DNA of 64,000 bases from Phoronis australis (taxonomy: Eukaryota > Animalia > Phoronida), in assembly GCA_002633005.1 (NCBI GenBank), contig NMRA01000040.1, forward strand, positions 575,362 through 639,361, read 5' to 3'. Shown one piece after another: positions 12,721-25,000 of the stretch. The number at the start of each line of letters is the position of its first letter. Position 1 is the first letter of the stretch. Under the pieces are notes generated by a model that was not told the DNA's origin, made no database searches, and was given only the letters and a program-made list of their open reading frames with translations. Made by a program: the position numbers and the translations under genes.

Positions 12721-13519
12721 AGGAAATTTTTCTGTTTTTTCCTCTAAAAATCAAGCATTTTCCTTGATTTCTGATGTATTATCCAAGAAAAAAAAGGAAA
12801 AACGGAGAACGTGTCACACAGGAAAAATCGCAAGTTTCACACAGTCTCGAACTCACAACCTGGCTGATAGGACGTGCGTGCTTTGCCACTACACTACCAC
12901 GATTTCACTAATAAATTTGAACTAAGAGACCTACTTGTTTATGGTCCACAGCGTTTGCGCGCGAAACCTACTTCTTTTTGTAATGCTTATTATACGTTTT
13001 ATATTTTGTGTAATCGGTTCTTAACAAATGCCCAAAAGACCAAATCCGTTTTTCGTGTTGGCAATAATGACGGGATTGCTTTGGAAATCGTCTTAAGTTA
13101 AGGTTTGACAAAGACAGAATTAATGAGTTTCTGAGTGATTCACTAAGGCTTCGATTAAAATTCACATCTTACCAGCAGCTTCTGTTTTTTCATCGTCACT
13201 CAGGTTGCATTTTCTTTAAAAATTGAAGTAAAATTTCTCCATTGCTCAGTGGAGCAGACGACGGAAACGGAGTCGTAGTGCGCAGCGCCACTGCCGGTCG
13301 CCTGGGATATCGCGGAGAGCTTATACTTAGCTATAGTTCCATTAGGAATGCGCCGTGTTCCGAATTAGACACTTGAAACTGGACACATTTAAATCTTTTT
13401 TCATCTGTATAATTTTCATTACCGGGGCAAATTAATAAACTCAACATTTCCCTACGCTCTTGCTGTTTTATTTTTTTTGCGCCNCGGGCCCCCCCGCCCC
13501 CCCCCTAAATCCACCTATG
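12591..13519 (+). mobile_element. Non-autonomous DNA transposon, CA...TG termini, 5-bp TSD AATGT (hAT5-like?)
   Basis: aatgt|CAGTGGCGGATCTAGG ... CCTAAATCCACCTATG|aatgt. Same family as 22809..23812 and 53320..53667. The truncated copy at 7915..8050 is the same insertion in the duplicate segment. Confidence 0.85.
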
Positions 13520-15945
13520 AATGTAGAGATGGATTGGCTGTCGCCGCGCATAGGAGGGCAGTCATTTTGTTGTGTAGAACTAAATGTAGTTGTACAACCC
13601 AGTGGCTTAAATGGCTCCTACTTTTTTATGCCCTTTCCAGTGATATCAGTTTGGCTTCTTTTGAAATTAAAATGAAGGTCCTCTTTAATCCTTAATTTAA
13701 ATATCCTACTATAGTAGTGCTTTAAGTATTTTATTTGTTCCTATTTGTCAGCATTTTGCTTTATATACCAAGGACCCTTATGCGCCTACGCCCACGGTGG
13801 TTTGTTTACAGTCACTTCCACGCAACAATATGGCGCCAGGTGAGTCGCATGCTTTCACGGCCGATGGAAGGTACCTACTGGAATTTAGAATCTAAGACGT
13901 TGGAACTACGTGAACGTTGCATCCGTGTGAATGTTGTTCGTGGAAAATGAATTGTAGAAAGGATATTGCGTTATAGAAAAAATGGGCCTTGTGGAATGGG
14001 ACGTTGTGCGAGTGAACATGATAATAAAGGTTCGTTGCCACCCTAGACTTGTGTGTCTATGCTGTGACGACAATGCGTTTGCTTTTGCAAATCTTATGAT
14101 CGAGCAACATGTTTGTGTCAAAAGCTTTATATCCTGAAATTTCGTAGTTCTTGATTTTTGGCAACCAAATACTCGGGCAAAACGTGTGACGGACACTTTT
14201 GTTCTGAAGCTAATGCAGTAAAGAGAGGTAACTTTAAATTTCTTGAGAAAAAATGGATTATCTGAAAAATCGCGACTTTCTATAAAAACGGTCACGTTGC
14301 AACATATTTTCCTGCCCATGATTGGTTTCGGTGACCATCAAGGATTTTGGACGTGCGTTGCTTCTTGGGTTGAGAGCTTGAGGGGAAAACGTGCCAAGAT
14401 TTGCAGGAATTTTCTTAATCTACAACATTTTGACTTTTTAAATCTCAGTGATCGCTTAGTTTGCAGAAATTTTGAGACCTATAAAACCTTTGCCCCCTCC
14501 CCTTTATTAGAGGCCGTAACTGGCTGTCACACATTTTGGTTCCCCTTGCTCTACCCTAGTCTGTTTATTTGCATGGAGATTCTGATGCTGATCCGCTGAT
14601 TTCCGGGACAAAGACTGTCATAGCAGACGACAGTCGGGCGTTGATCGAGACCGTTATCAACCTTCACTTTGCAGCCACGTGGTTTCAGAGCTGCAATCGC
14701 TTTTTTCCGGTCCCGTACGATCTTCGAGCAGAACCAGACAATCGGGCGATGTCTGATATCGACCTGAGATCGCCCGAAGGTCTGCAGATTTACGGCTGAT
14801 TTTATATAATCGCCGGAGTCGACGCTACTGCCTTTATTGAGTTTTCATGTATTGACGCGTGTAATACTTAGGCATGTAATCACATTACCGCCGATCGATG
14901 CAGCTTTCTGAAGTTGAGTGGTACGTATGAGTCCTAAGTGCGGCCCATGCATCGCCGGAGTATAGTTTAAGGTGGTGTTCATAAGGAAACCGAAAACACG
15001 AACAATTATTTGAAAGTAATTTTTATTTTTATGCCATGTCACTATAAACCAACACTAGCATTATACTTGCAGTTTAACACTTCCATAAACATATTGGCCT
15101 ACTACACTTCCAGAATGGAAAAGCCTATGGTTTTTGCGCTAATAAAATGGCGATAATTATGAAGGGTCACAACTATTGAGAGACTGCTGATTTACATTGC
15201 TGAAGGCAAATTTATATCGGCTGCAAATTTTAACGAATGGCCGTGTGCGCACTCAGCCTAAAAAGTGGGGGTTCGAGTTTTTGAGAATGTGGACCTTTTA
15301 CTAAATTTCACGGGGTACGTTTCAAGGAATGAACTGCATTCGCCATATTTTGATAGTTTCTGCCTTTTTAGTGAACTTTCGTCTAGTTTACTACTTTTTT
15401 GGAGTTTTTATTTCTCTAGGGTGGACTTTTTAGTCCACTTCGTCAAATCGGGGGGCTGGTTCGAGGTCCCCCCCTTGGGTGCGTGCATGATGACCATCCC
15501 TTATGATTAACTGAACCTGACCCAAATTTGTAGTAAAGAGCAGTGAAACTGGGTCGTGGTTTATTGTTTGTTTTCAATATTTTATATGGTATTTCAACAT
15601 AATTGAAAGTTCTTGAGTTTGTTTTTTCACAATTTTGCATTATTTGCCATTTGTCATTTGGTAAATGCATTTTGATTGATGGTGACGAGAACGGATACTC
15701 TTTATTATTTGAATTATACATCATACGCCTCCGGCATATTGTTATTGGAGCTGGTCATTGACTGCAGGCGCCAAACCAGCAGTGTGTAGGCCTAGTGTAT
15801 TTACTATAACCGAGAAGCCTCGCAACAAGTTTTAACCTACGGAACTGGTCCCTAGTTTTAACTAACTCGATCTTAAAAAAGCAATTATAGCTGTACCCGT
15901 AGACGTCAACATATAAATAAACCCTTATTTTATTACTTTCCTTAA

Positions 15946-16345
15946 CCCGTATCCTGCACTAGGCGAAGTCAGCGACTTGCCGGTTATCCCATTTCAGCAC
16001 GATGGGTGTATTGAATCGACCAAGATGAGCTGCCGCTGGGAGCGCTAGGAGAGTGCACTCACCCCAGGACACTTGTGATTTTCATTCAGGTGTTGTTTAG
16101 ATATGTGAGCATGCTCATTCCATAGTACACAGTTTCCTCTACATTTCTCTGATTTGAACCTCATGGCTGTGATTATTAGGTTGGGAGACAATGGCCGATT
16201 AATGTAATTGTAGATACATGGTTTCATCTTATGGCTGGAGCCAGACGTGAGACGATGACTGTGGATCAGTTTATTTTCACTACGGCTATGATGAAGATGT
16301 ACATGTGGTGAAAATCTCCATTAAATTCTGAACAACTTTTATGTT
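15946..16345 (+). mobile_element. Internally deleted relative of the piggyBac-like element at 8492..9469
   Basis: TTAA|cccgtatcctgcactaggcgaagtcagc matches the reverse complement of 9440..9473. Further matches are ggagagtgcactcaccccaggacact, atggctggagccagacgtgagacgatgactgtggatcag, and ctccattaaattctgaacaactttt (to 8500..8525). The right end is not resolved. Confidence 0.7.
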
Positions 16346-17212
16346 GTTTTCTTTTCTGTGAAATTAACATTCCCCCTTCAAATTTCCAATTTAAAATTGT
16401 TGGGTCTTTAGTCTGGGTGACCTTCATAACTGCTCCAAAACATATCTTTGGGGTTAAGCCTATTGTTGGGTGGGACATCGGACTTTTTGAAGTTAATAGC
16501 TAATTGAAAACAATGAAGCCCGTTGCGCTTTTGTTGTTTAATTCATTGATAATCGTAAATTTTTCGTCACTGTCTGTCAAAAATGAAGGCTTTATTAGTA
16601 TGTCGTCGAGTGAGAGTTAGCTCGGTCAGTAAGGTGTTAGTCTGCGACTGCGATGATTACCGGTTCGAAGACGCACAGCAGTGGTCCTCAAGGAGTCGCC
16701 TTTCTTGCCGATCAAGTCACTTCTAGTCTCGTCTTTAGTTAAAGGTCCTCTTAGCGCACCTTCTGCCACGAAATCAAAACTTATTTCAGCCCTCGTACGA
16801 ACTCCACAATGATGTCGCCAACAAACTAAAGGCCAACCGTTAACGATAGTCGTCACAATGACGTTGAATTTCTGTTGTTTCTTCCACGCTTTACATCAGA
16901 AGCCAATGTACACTTGGGCACAATAAACTTGAATACGACTGAGTATTATGAAGACGAAGCGGGTAGTGGATAGTCACGTGGTCTACTGGCATTAAAATTT
17001 TCTGTCCTGGCGTTATAAATTTTCGGTCCTGACGTGATGAATTCCGGTTTTCAGTTTTTTTGGTCTTGTAGAGATTTTAATTCTTGATAAGAAAATACGC
17101 GACCTGAAATTTTTTACGTTTTAGCATTACCCCTTTTACGGATATTTTCAGTCGAAAGCGCAGAACTTCATCTTGTCGGTCTCCTCACCTGGTGGCTTCA
17201 CCATTGGTCTTA

Positions 17213-17247
17213 TCAGGAAGAGATAACCACTGGTTATCTCTTCCTGG
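17213..17247. repeat. Perfect short hairpin CAGGAAGAGATAACCA-c-TGGTTATCTCTTCCTG; the same arms enclose ~90 bp at 20546..20670
   Basis: 16-bp perfect inverted repeat at both sites, probably the termini of a small MITE family. Confidence 0.7.
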
Positions 17248-19060
17248 TCTTATGTAGTAACCTAGCTCTAATGTCCAAACTTAGCAAATTTTGAAACATC
17301 ATAACTCAGAAATGACTGATCGGATTTATATGAGGCTTTCAGTTAGCTTGTTTTATTCACTGTTCTCCTAGCGGTATTAGAAATTGTTTTAAGGGGCAAT
17401 AAAAATATGACTTCGATATTTTATGAAAAATTCAGTTTGATTTATACCACTCAAAGTCTCGAATTATTCCTCAGTCATACCGGGGTGATTTCAGAACATC
17501 GAAAGAGTTCGTTAGTCATACCGGGGTGATTTCAGAACTTCGAAAGAACTGACAGTTCGTTGGTTCTTCAAAAACCTCACCCATAAAATTTCAGGTTACC
17601 TTAAATTTCAAGTGACTGTAAATTTTATGAGCTTTGTCTGGAGAAATAACAAACTGTCACTTATTCCGGAGCTCAGAGACCACTTCTGAACTGAGCAAGG
17701 AACAAGAGAAGACAAATATTATTCGGATGTCCAGTGATGACGCGTCATGGCATTAGATGACCCAATTTGGACCCGGAAATAAGAATAGACATGCCGTCAC
17801 ACTGGGTCCAAAACGTCATAATGACGTTAAAAATGAAGTCATGGCCTAAATCAAACTTTTTTGACAGAAGGCACACAGGTTTAATGGAGCTTTAATCTGC
17901 TTCTTATAGACATCAGACAGACTAATGTAAATGAGCTTGGAGACCAACCCAGGACAGAAACGTTGGTCTAAATAAAAAAGTGAGATCATCTTCGACCAGC
18001 TTCAACTCATTTCAGCATTCACAGTTAGTAGTGTGGAGTGTTTTTGTTTTATTTAAAAAAAATTACCTTTAGACTCATCTTATGTCAAACCACGCTTGCA
18101 ATTCGCAGATTGTTGCAGACGTGAAGGGAGTCAGTTGCCTATTTGTTTATACTTCGTTGTAACATGTTCAACTAACTGACCGTCTACGACAACCTAGCTG
18201 CGACTGTAACTCCTGCAAGTCCAAAGAAATTCGGCGCGAAAGCACAATTCATACGCCTGAACGCAGTACCCCGTTTTTAGTCCGCGTTATTTTTTCAGTA
18301 AAAGGTCCACTTCCTGAAAAATTCAAGGCTGGGCACGCGCATACAACAGGACGTTGTCAGTGTACGAGTCAAGAACAACTTACATTTTCGATCCACCCAA
18401 ACTATTTGAACATGAAAATTCATCCGAGTTACTGCGATACATGTATAAATTCAATTAAACCTGGGACCACGAGACATACAGTGTTACGGTAATTCTTCAC
18501 TTACTTAGCATACGATATGGCCGACAAGTGAAATACTATTTTGCCATATTTCTCCACAAAAAATTAAGATAATTTTAGTCAATTAGGCCTACTAGCATGT
18601 CATGAAACAACATTTGGTAAAGTTTTCATTATTTTATAGCAAAGTAATGGGTCTTTGAAAAATGGAAAAACGAGGATTTGGGAAATTATTATTGTGCAAA
18701 ATAAGTGGAGAATTACCGTAATCCCAAATTATACATATTATTTACACATATTTCCTCATGTTCGATTTCATGCGTTAAACCTCAGACCGAGGCTAAACAT
18801 ATCTATAACCAGGCCGATTGCTGTAGACGTGCCGTTATTATCTTTTACGTTGAAGCTGGAGGCGATGGGATAACAAATATGGAGATGTTATTAAACGTTT
18901 AATTTGAATGTTCATTGGCTATCTTTTACTAATAAAAGAAACACGATAAACAACATTACAGTCTTTGTTACGAACGTCATGCAGCTATAACGGTTTCATG
19001 AAACTAGTTGCTCTACTGTAGCATCTAAATTTCTACAGAACACTTCAGGAACGGTATCCA

Positions 19061-22000
19061 ATGATTCTAACAAAAGCTAAGCTCGTCAGCCTTATCGTCT
19101 TGGTTCTGTCTGCGTGTTATTACGTAACCTACCATTTCTTGCTGTCTTGGGAAGGTTTCCGGACTGGAGAGGTCATTATTGCCTTTTCACGATTACCCAT
19201 GATGCGTCGGATAGTCACGGAAGCGGACAAATTTGAGCCAGGTAAATATCTCGTCGACGTGCCCGCTCCAAAATTTCTATAATGGAACATTCTCACATCT
19301 TAAAGTTAAAAGGTTGTAATTGTGAAGCAGACTTACAAGATCGTCTCGCATTTTTCGTAGTACCAATCGATTTCTTCAACCAATGAGAGGGTAACTGAGG
19401 TGAAGTCGGCCAACCTCTTCGAAACGGATTTTTTTGGCTCTTGTCTTACGGACCAATGCAATAAGTGATCGTTGACACTAATTTTGGGTACCGGATTGAG
19501 TTTGTGTCACATACCATTTAATGGTATTACAAACCTAAAGTTTAACTATTTATTAAAAAATCATCTAAAACCTTTCCATGACTCAGTGTTGGACACCAGT
19601 ATATTTGGAAAGGCAAACGTTGCCCTTCAACTCATTACCTCATGGTGATTTTGGAGATTATTGATGACGACTGAGGTGACGGATGACCCATGAACCTAGG
19701 AAGACGAAATACAGGCTTTCAAGCAGTTTTAGACAAAAAAGTAGGACACATTTTCAAAAAAGTAGCGTAGAAACAATGAGAGGAAATTTCAGTTGATCCA
19801 TTCTTGTTGTTTTATTTACCAAAAAAGTAGGAAATGTGAAGTGAAAAGTAAGAAATAGTAGGAACAAGAAGAGGCATTCAGGACTAGTTTTCATCAATAT
19901 TTACCAACGACGTTCACGTCATGTCAAGGAGCAGTACTCACCATTAGTTGGAGAGCTATCAGGATTTTATTCACACTTTTGAGTGCCCAAGGTTTGACTG
20001 TGTAATTCCATTGTACATCATCTACCATTGAAGGGAGAGGGCGTCTTGAATTGCACAATCCTGGGCTTAGGTGTCTGTGTGTGTNGGGGGGGGGGGGGTA
20101 GGTCCAACAGAGGACCCAAAATCAATGTAATTAAAATTTCGAGTGCAAGATTCGTTTCAAGTTTATTTCATTCAAATCAATACTCAAATTGAAATGATAC
20201 AACATAAGACGTGAACATGCCTGGGGTTATTAATTAAGATGCCTATTTATCATAACGATCAATTAATGATTTACTTAAACTTTTAAGTGCTTCGAAATTT
20301 TTTTTCCATTAGATAGGTTATTGGTTAAAGGTCAATTAACAATTTCTTTAAACTATTAAGTGCAACAAAAAGTTTTTTCTAAAAGTTACCGGTAGTTTAA
20401 TAACTGGACACCACATCAACAGCTAAACTGGATTTTTCCAGGGGTTAGCAGATAAGACGGGGGTGTTTGGACCCCACGGGATAACAAGACCCGCAAAATT
20501 GAACTTTTATAAAAGAGGAAATAAGACGATTTTGATTACTACTATCAGGAAGAGATAACCAAACACAATGCTTGGATTCCAGACGACTTTAACATTTACT
20601 TTTGAAATCACTTTTGAATATCCGTTAAAATGCGCTAAAACAGATGTCCCTTCCTGGTTATCTCTTCCTGCTACTATGGATAAAAAATATTTCAAATGAA
20701 CAAAACACATCTGAAGATATGACCAATTTACTCTCAAATTCAACAAAAATGAAACAAAAACTAAGTCAAGATACATCTGGGGTAACTAAATAAGCTGACT
20801 TCAAATTAAAACTAAACTGCTTGAAGCGTGTTTATTGGCAACAAATGAAAGTACACGATTGGCATTGTGTTTCTTATGATAAAACCGAAAACCAAAAGGC
20901 AATAATAATTATTCAGTCTCCTGTAATTTAACTGCAAACGTTGTCATCACTCTGTTCGTCCGATGATTCCGTTTCTCATAGTACAGGATAACAATCTTCA
21001 TCTAAATCAATTTCCATACCATCATCTCTCTCTCTCTCAGCATTGCCGCCATTGTCATCTGGCTTTGTTTCGACTTGAACCTCTGGAATTAGTGCAGGGG
21101 GGCATTCGATTTCCAACAATCCAAATGATGCGAAATTCGCAGTCAACATTTTCTTATCCATTGGTGGGTGTTTTGTCCACGATTTGGAGATGAGCATTAC
21201 CCCCATGGTCTAGCGACAAATGCATTTCTATCCGTGTGAAGTACTAGCTCAGCTTCACAAGATGGAATACTGCTGTCGATGCTTTTAACCTTCTCAAATG
21301 GATGTTTAGCGTTGACTTTCGATTGTAGATCTTGTCGACCACACTGAACCGGTGCTTGTTGAGCCCTGCAAGATTTTGGTGACTTCGTTTGTTGGGAGCT
21401 TAATGAAGCATGTACTCTCAGGAACTTATCACGTTTTGCCACAATTGCATATGGTGTGTTCTTTCCCTTCCTTATAAATGCGCGGGTATAGTCACATCCA
21501 GTGAACACGTGTAGGTCTAGGAGTGCAGCACACATAGCATGGCCATCGCAGTAGCAATCTTAGTTACTTTTAAATAATGCAGTTCATCTTGACCTCTAGT
21601 CCCAACCTCTATCCACACCGTGGATGTAACTCAATGGACATGGTGCGGGAGCAACACTAGAATGTCGGTGCCAGAAGCTCTTATGACGATGTCGCTGGGT
21701 GCGGACTTGTCCGCCTCAATCATATGAAGGATGACTCTGATGTCGGCTTCCAAGCGATTACAATTTAGAGATGGAACTGATTCTGTGCATACTTCTCCAT
21801 CTTCAATGAAGTACCGAGTGCACTCCCCCATCACCCCAACTACACTTCCGTTCCATCTAGAAGTATACTGCAGAAGTTGCTCGACCAATCCTTAGTGAGA
21901 AAGACAGGTAGCTCTCGTTTCAACGACTACCTCTCCAGTTGCTTCTTGAAGCTCGAGTCTCTTTTTTGTTCAGATCCTTCTATAACAAATTCCCCTTCTA

Positions 22001-25000
22001 CAACAAGGTCTTATTGTCCCTTGGGGTACAACATCCGCTCCGCCGTTTTATCTACAAACCCCAGGAAAATGGCGTCTTAAGCTGTGGATATGGTGTCCAA
22101 GGTTGCTAAACTATCTCTTGGGAAAAGAATTTTTGTTGCCCTTAAACATTTCAAGTGGAATTTGCACGCAAATTCCTTTTTTCTGCGATTGCTTCGTCAA
22201 ACTTGTTAGAAACTCAACATATAGCGACCATGAGAATACGAAGTACATTGAAAACTTGCCAAATGCTTTTAAGACCGAGTTTTGAGTCGAAAATGATCCG
22301 CTAATACAGCTTTAAATAAATTGTTTATTGATGTATTATATAATAACACAAGGATTTTTGTGTCTTACGTTGTATTTTTGTTCAAAATGTTTTACTCATA
22401 GTAGTAATAAAAAGTGTCTTATTTCCTCTCTTATACAAGTTCATTTTTGAGGGTCTTGTTATTCCTTAGGGTCCTAACACCACCACCTTATCTGCAAACT
22501 CCAGAAAAAAATGCGTCTTTAGTTGAGGATATGGTGTCCAGAGTTACTAAACTATCTTTTCGAAAAAGAAATTTTTATGCGCTTAAAAGTTCAAATAAAT
22601 TGTTAATCGGTCATCAATTAGTAAGCATCTTAATTACCCCAGGCATTTTCATGTCTTCAAGTTGCATCATTTTAATTGGAGCGGTGATTTGAATGAAATA
22701 AACTTGAAACAGATGTTGCGCTCGAAATCTGCCCATGGACCAAACGCCAGGATTGTGCAACTTAACACGCCCTTTTCCTTCAATGGTAGGTGATATACAA
22801 TATAATTACATAGGCGGATTTAGGGGGGGGGGNNNNNNNNNNCCCCCCCTTGGCTGCCGCAAAAAATAAAACAGTAAGAGCGTAGGGAAATGGTGAGTTT
22901 ATTAATTAACCCCGGTAATTAAAATTATACGGATGAAAAAAGATTTAAATGTGTGCAGTTTTAGTGTTGGGGGGGGGGCTCAAATCCAATTTCAAGTGTC
23001 AAATTCGGAACACGGCGCGTTCGTAACGGAACTATGGCTAAGTATAGAATCTCCCGCGATATCCTAGGCGACCGGCAGCGGTGCTGTGCACTACGACTAC
23101 GTTTCTGTCGTCTGCTCCACTGTACAATGAAGAAAATTTACTTCATTTTTTAAAGAAAATGGAACATGAGTGGCGATGAAAAAACAGAACCTGCTGGTAA
23201 GATGTGAATTTTAATCGAAGCCTTAGTGAATCACTCAGAAACTCGCAATACTCTCTTTGTCAAACCTTATCTTAAGACGGTTTCCAAAGCAATCACGTCA
23301 TTATTGCCAACACGAAAAATGGATTTGGTCTTTTGGGCATTTGAAGACTATTTCAAATACGACAAATTTGATAAGAATTGATGGCACAAAATATAAAACG
23401 TATAATAAGCATTACAAAAAGAAGTAGGTTACGCGCGCAAACGCTGTGGCCCATAAACAAGTAAGTCTTTTAGTATAACAGTTGTAGTTAAATCGTGGTG
23501 GTGGAGTGGTAACGTACGCGTGCTCAACCCTCTAGGTCGTGAGTTCGAGTCTTTGACACTTGCAGTTTTTTCCTGTTTGACACGTTCTCAGTGTTTTTTT
23601 TTTGCCTTTTTTTTTCTTGGATAATACTTCAGGAATCAAGGCAAATGCTTGATTTTTAGAGGTAAAAACAGAAAAATTTCCTGGGCGGGAGGGGGGCAAA
23701 CCTCCTCCCATTCGGTGCTATGCGCATCTACAATCGTGGTTCAGTTTGCGCAAATGCTTCCAGCCGGACAAAATGTTGGCCCCCCCCTTGTGATATCCTA
23801 GATCCGCCACTGAATTACGAACTCAAATGTTTTACACTCAAAAGTGTGAAGTCTTGCTGGCTTTCCAACTACATAGTCTTTAGGATACCATCGCCTGTGG
23901 TAGAGGAAGTCCTTCGTGTGCTGTTCCTGATAAACTAAAACGACTACTTGCTACTCCAAAAAATAACTTAGAAGTTTTAGAGCAATTAGAAAAAAGTAGG
24001 AAATATTAGGAATTTCAGGAAAAAAGTAGGACATGTAGGAACAGGCCAAGAATGTAGGAAAAGTAGGAAAAGTTTGAAGGCTTGAAAGCCTACGAAATAA
24101 AAACGGTAAATGCGCATACTATGCCTATGCGCCTATATCCAAAACATTTCCCAAATATAAATTTTAATCGAGTGTTTCACGCAGAGGTGCAGGCCATTGA
24201 GCTAACCCTTGCAAATGAATGTGTCTTCCGAGAGCGTTTATCTTTCGTTCATTTAAAGTCACGTCAACGGCCAATGTCTATACCATTCAGTAACGCGCAT
24301 TCTAAACCCTAGTGGAGAGCCACTCTTCAAAAACCATGACTCCCCCCAGAACACGCATGTGCAGAAGCGCTTAATTTTATAAAAATCTATAGCATATGTG
24401 CATGCGTGAACGTAAATGAATACTTGAAAGTTATGTTATGTGTACGCTAAATAAGTCAAGAATCAATAAATAAAAAATGACCTTAAAGGAGACGACGACA
24501 TGCCGACGACTGCAATATATGAAGAAAATTAATTACTGCGACATCAAGACGGCAATAGTACAATAAAGCCATTAAACGCATTTCAGAGGAATCTGGCGCG
24601 ACTGAGCACATTCTGGAAAGATTCAGAAGACGAAGAGAGCGCTTGGACACCTTCTGCAAAACAAACTACTCGTCCACAAAATGGAGACACTTCTCAAAGA
24701 GCCATCGCATTCTTGTGGATGAACGTTACAAGCTTTTACATTGCATCATTCCCAAAGTTGCCAGTACCAACTGGCTGCGAACGCTTTTACTCATGAGAGG
24801 GTATAATATCACTACAAAACTACACTCAAAATTCCGTTTACTGCGACCTCTGAAATCCTTCAGCAAAGAGGAGAAAGACGACATCCTTAGAACCTATACA
24901 AAAGTCATGTTTGTACGCAACCCTTGGTCCAGACTCGTCTCTGTATTTCGACACAAATACGAAAACGACAGCCAGTATGCTCGCGCTGTCAGAGGTCTTC

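Larger units (their letters stand above)
19885..23937 (-). mobile_element. Academ-like DNA transposon with ~650-bp imperfect TIRs
   Basis: 19885..~20535 is the inverted counterpart of ~22410..22808 plus 23813..23937. Shared blocks include gtttcaagtttatttcattcaaatca, ggataacaagaccc and ttcacacttttgagtg. Both ends read TAG. The arms enclose an XPG/PIN-type coding remnant. No clear TSD was seen. Confidence 0.65.
19712..24091. mobile_element. hAT-like non-autonomous element (outer layer of a nest), 8-bp TSD ACGAAATA
   Basis: acgaaata|CAGGCTTTCAAGC ... GCTTGAAAGCCT|acgaaata (right terminus one base short). There are many subterminal AAAAGTAGGA motifs near both ends. Confidence 0.75.

Noticed and set aside
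17473-17547. Direct repeat agtcataccggggtgatttcagaac.tcgaaaga x2 (41-bp period), superficially CRISPR-like
   Set aside because: Only two units, no unique spacers of repeat length, no cas genes, eukaryotic context; a simple tandem duplication.
23493-23571. Bona fide tRNA gene
   Set aside because: A and B boxes are present, but I cannot build a canonical cloverleaf with a consistent anticodon arm in both copies; kept only as a tRNA-like Pol III unit.
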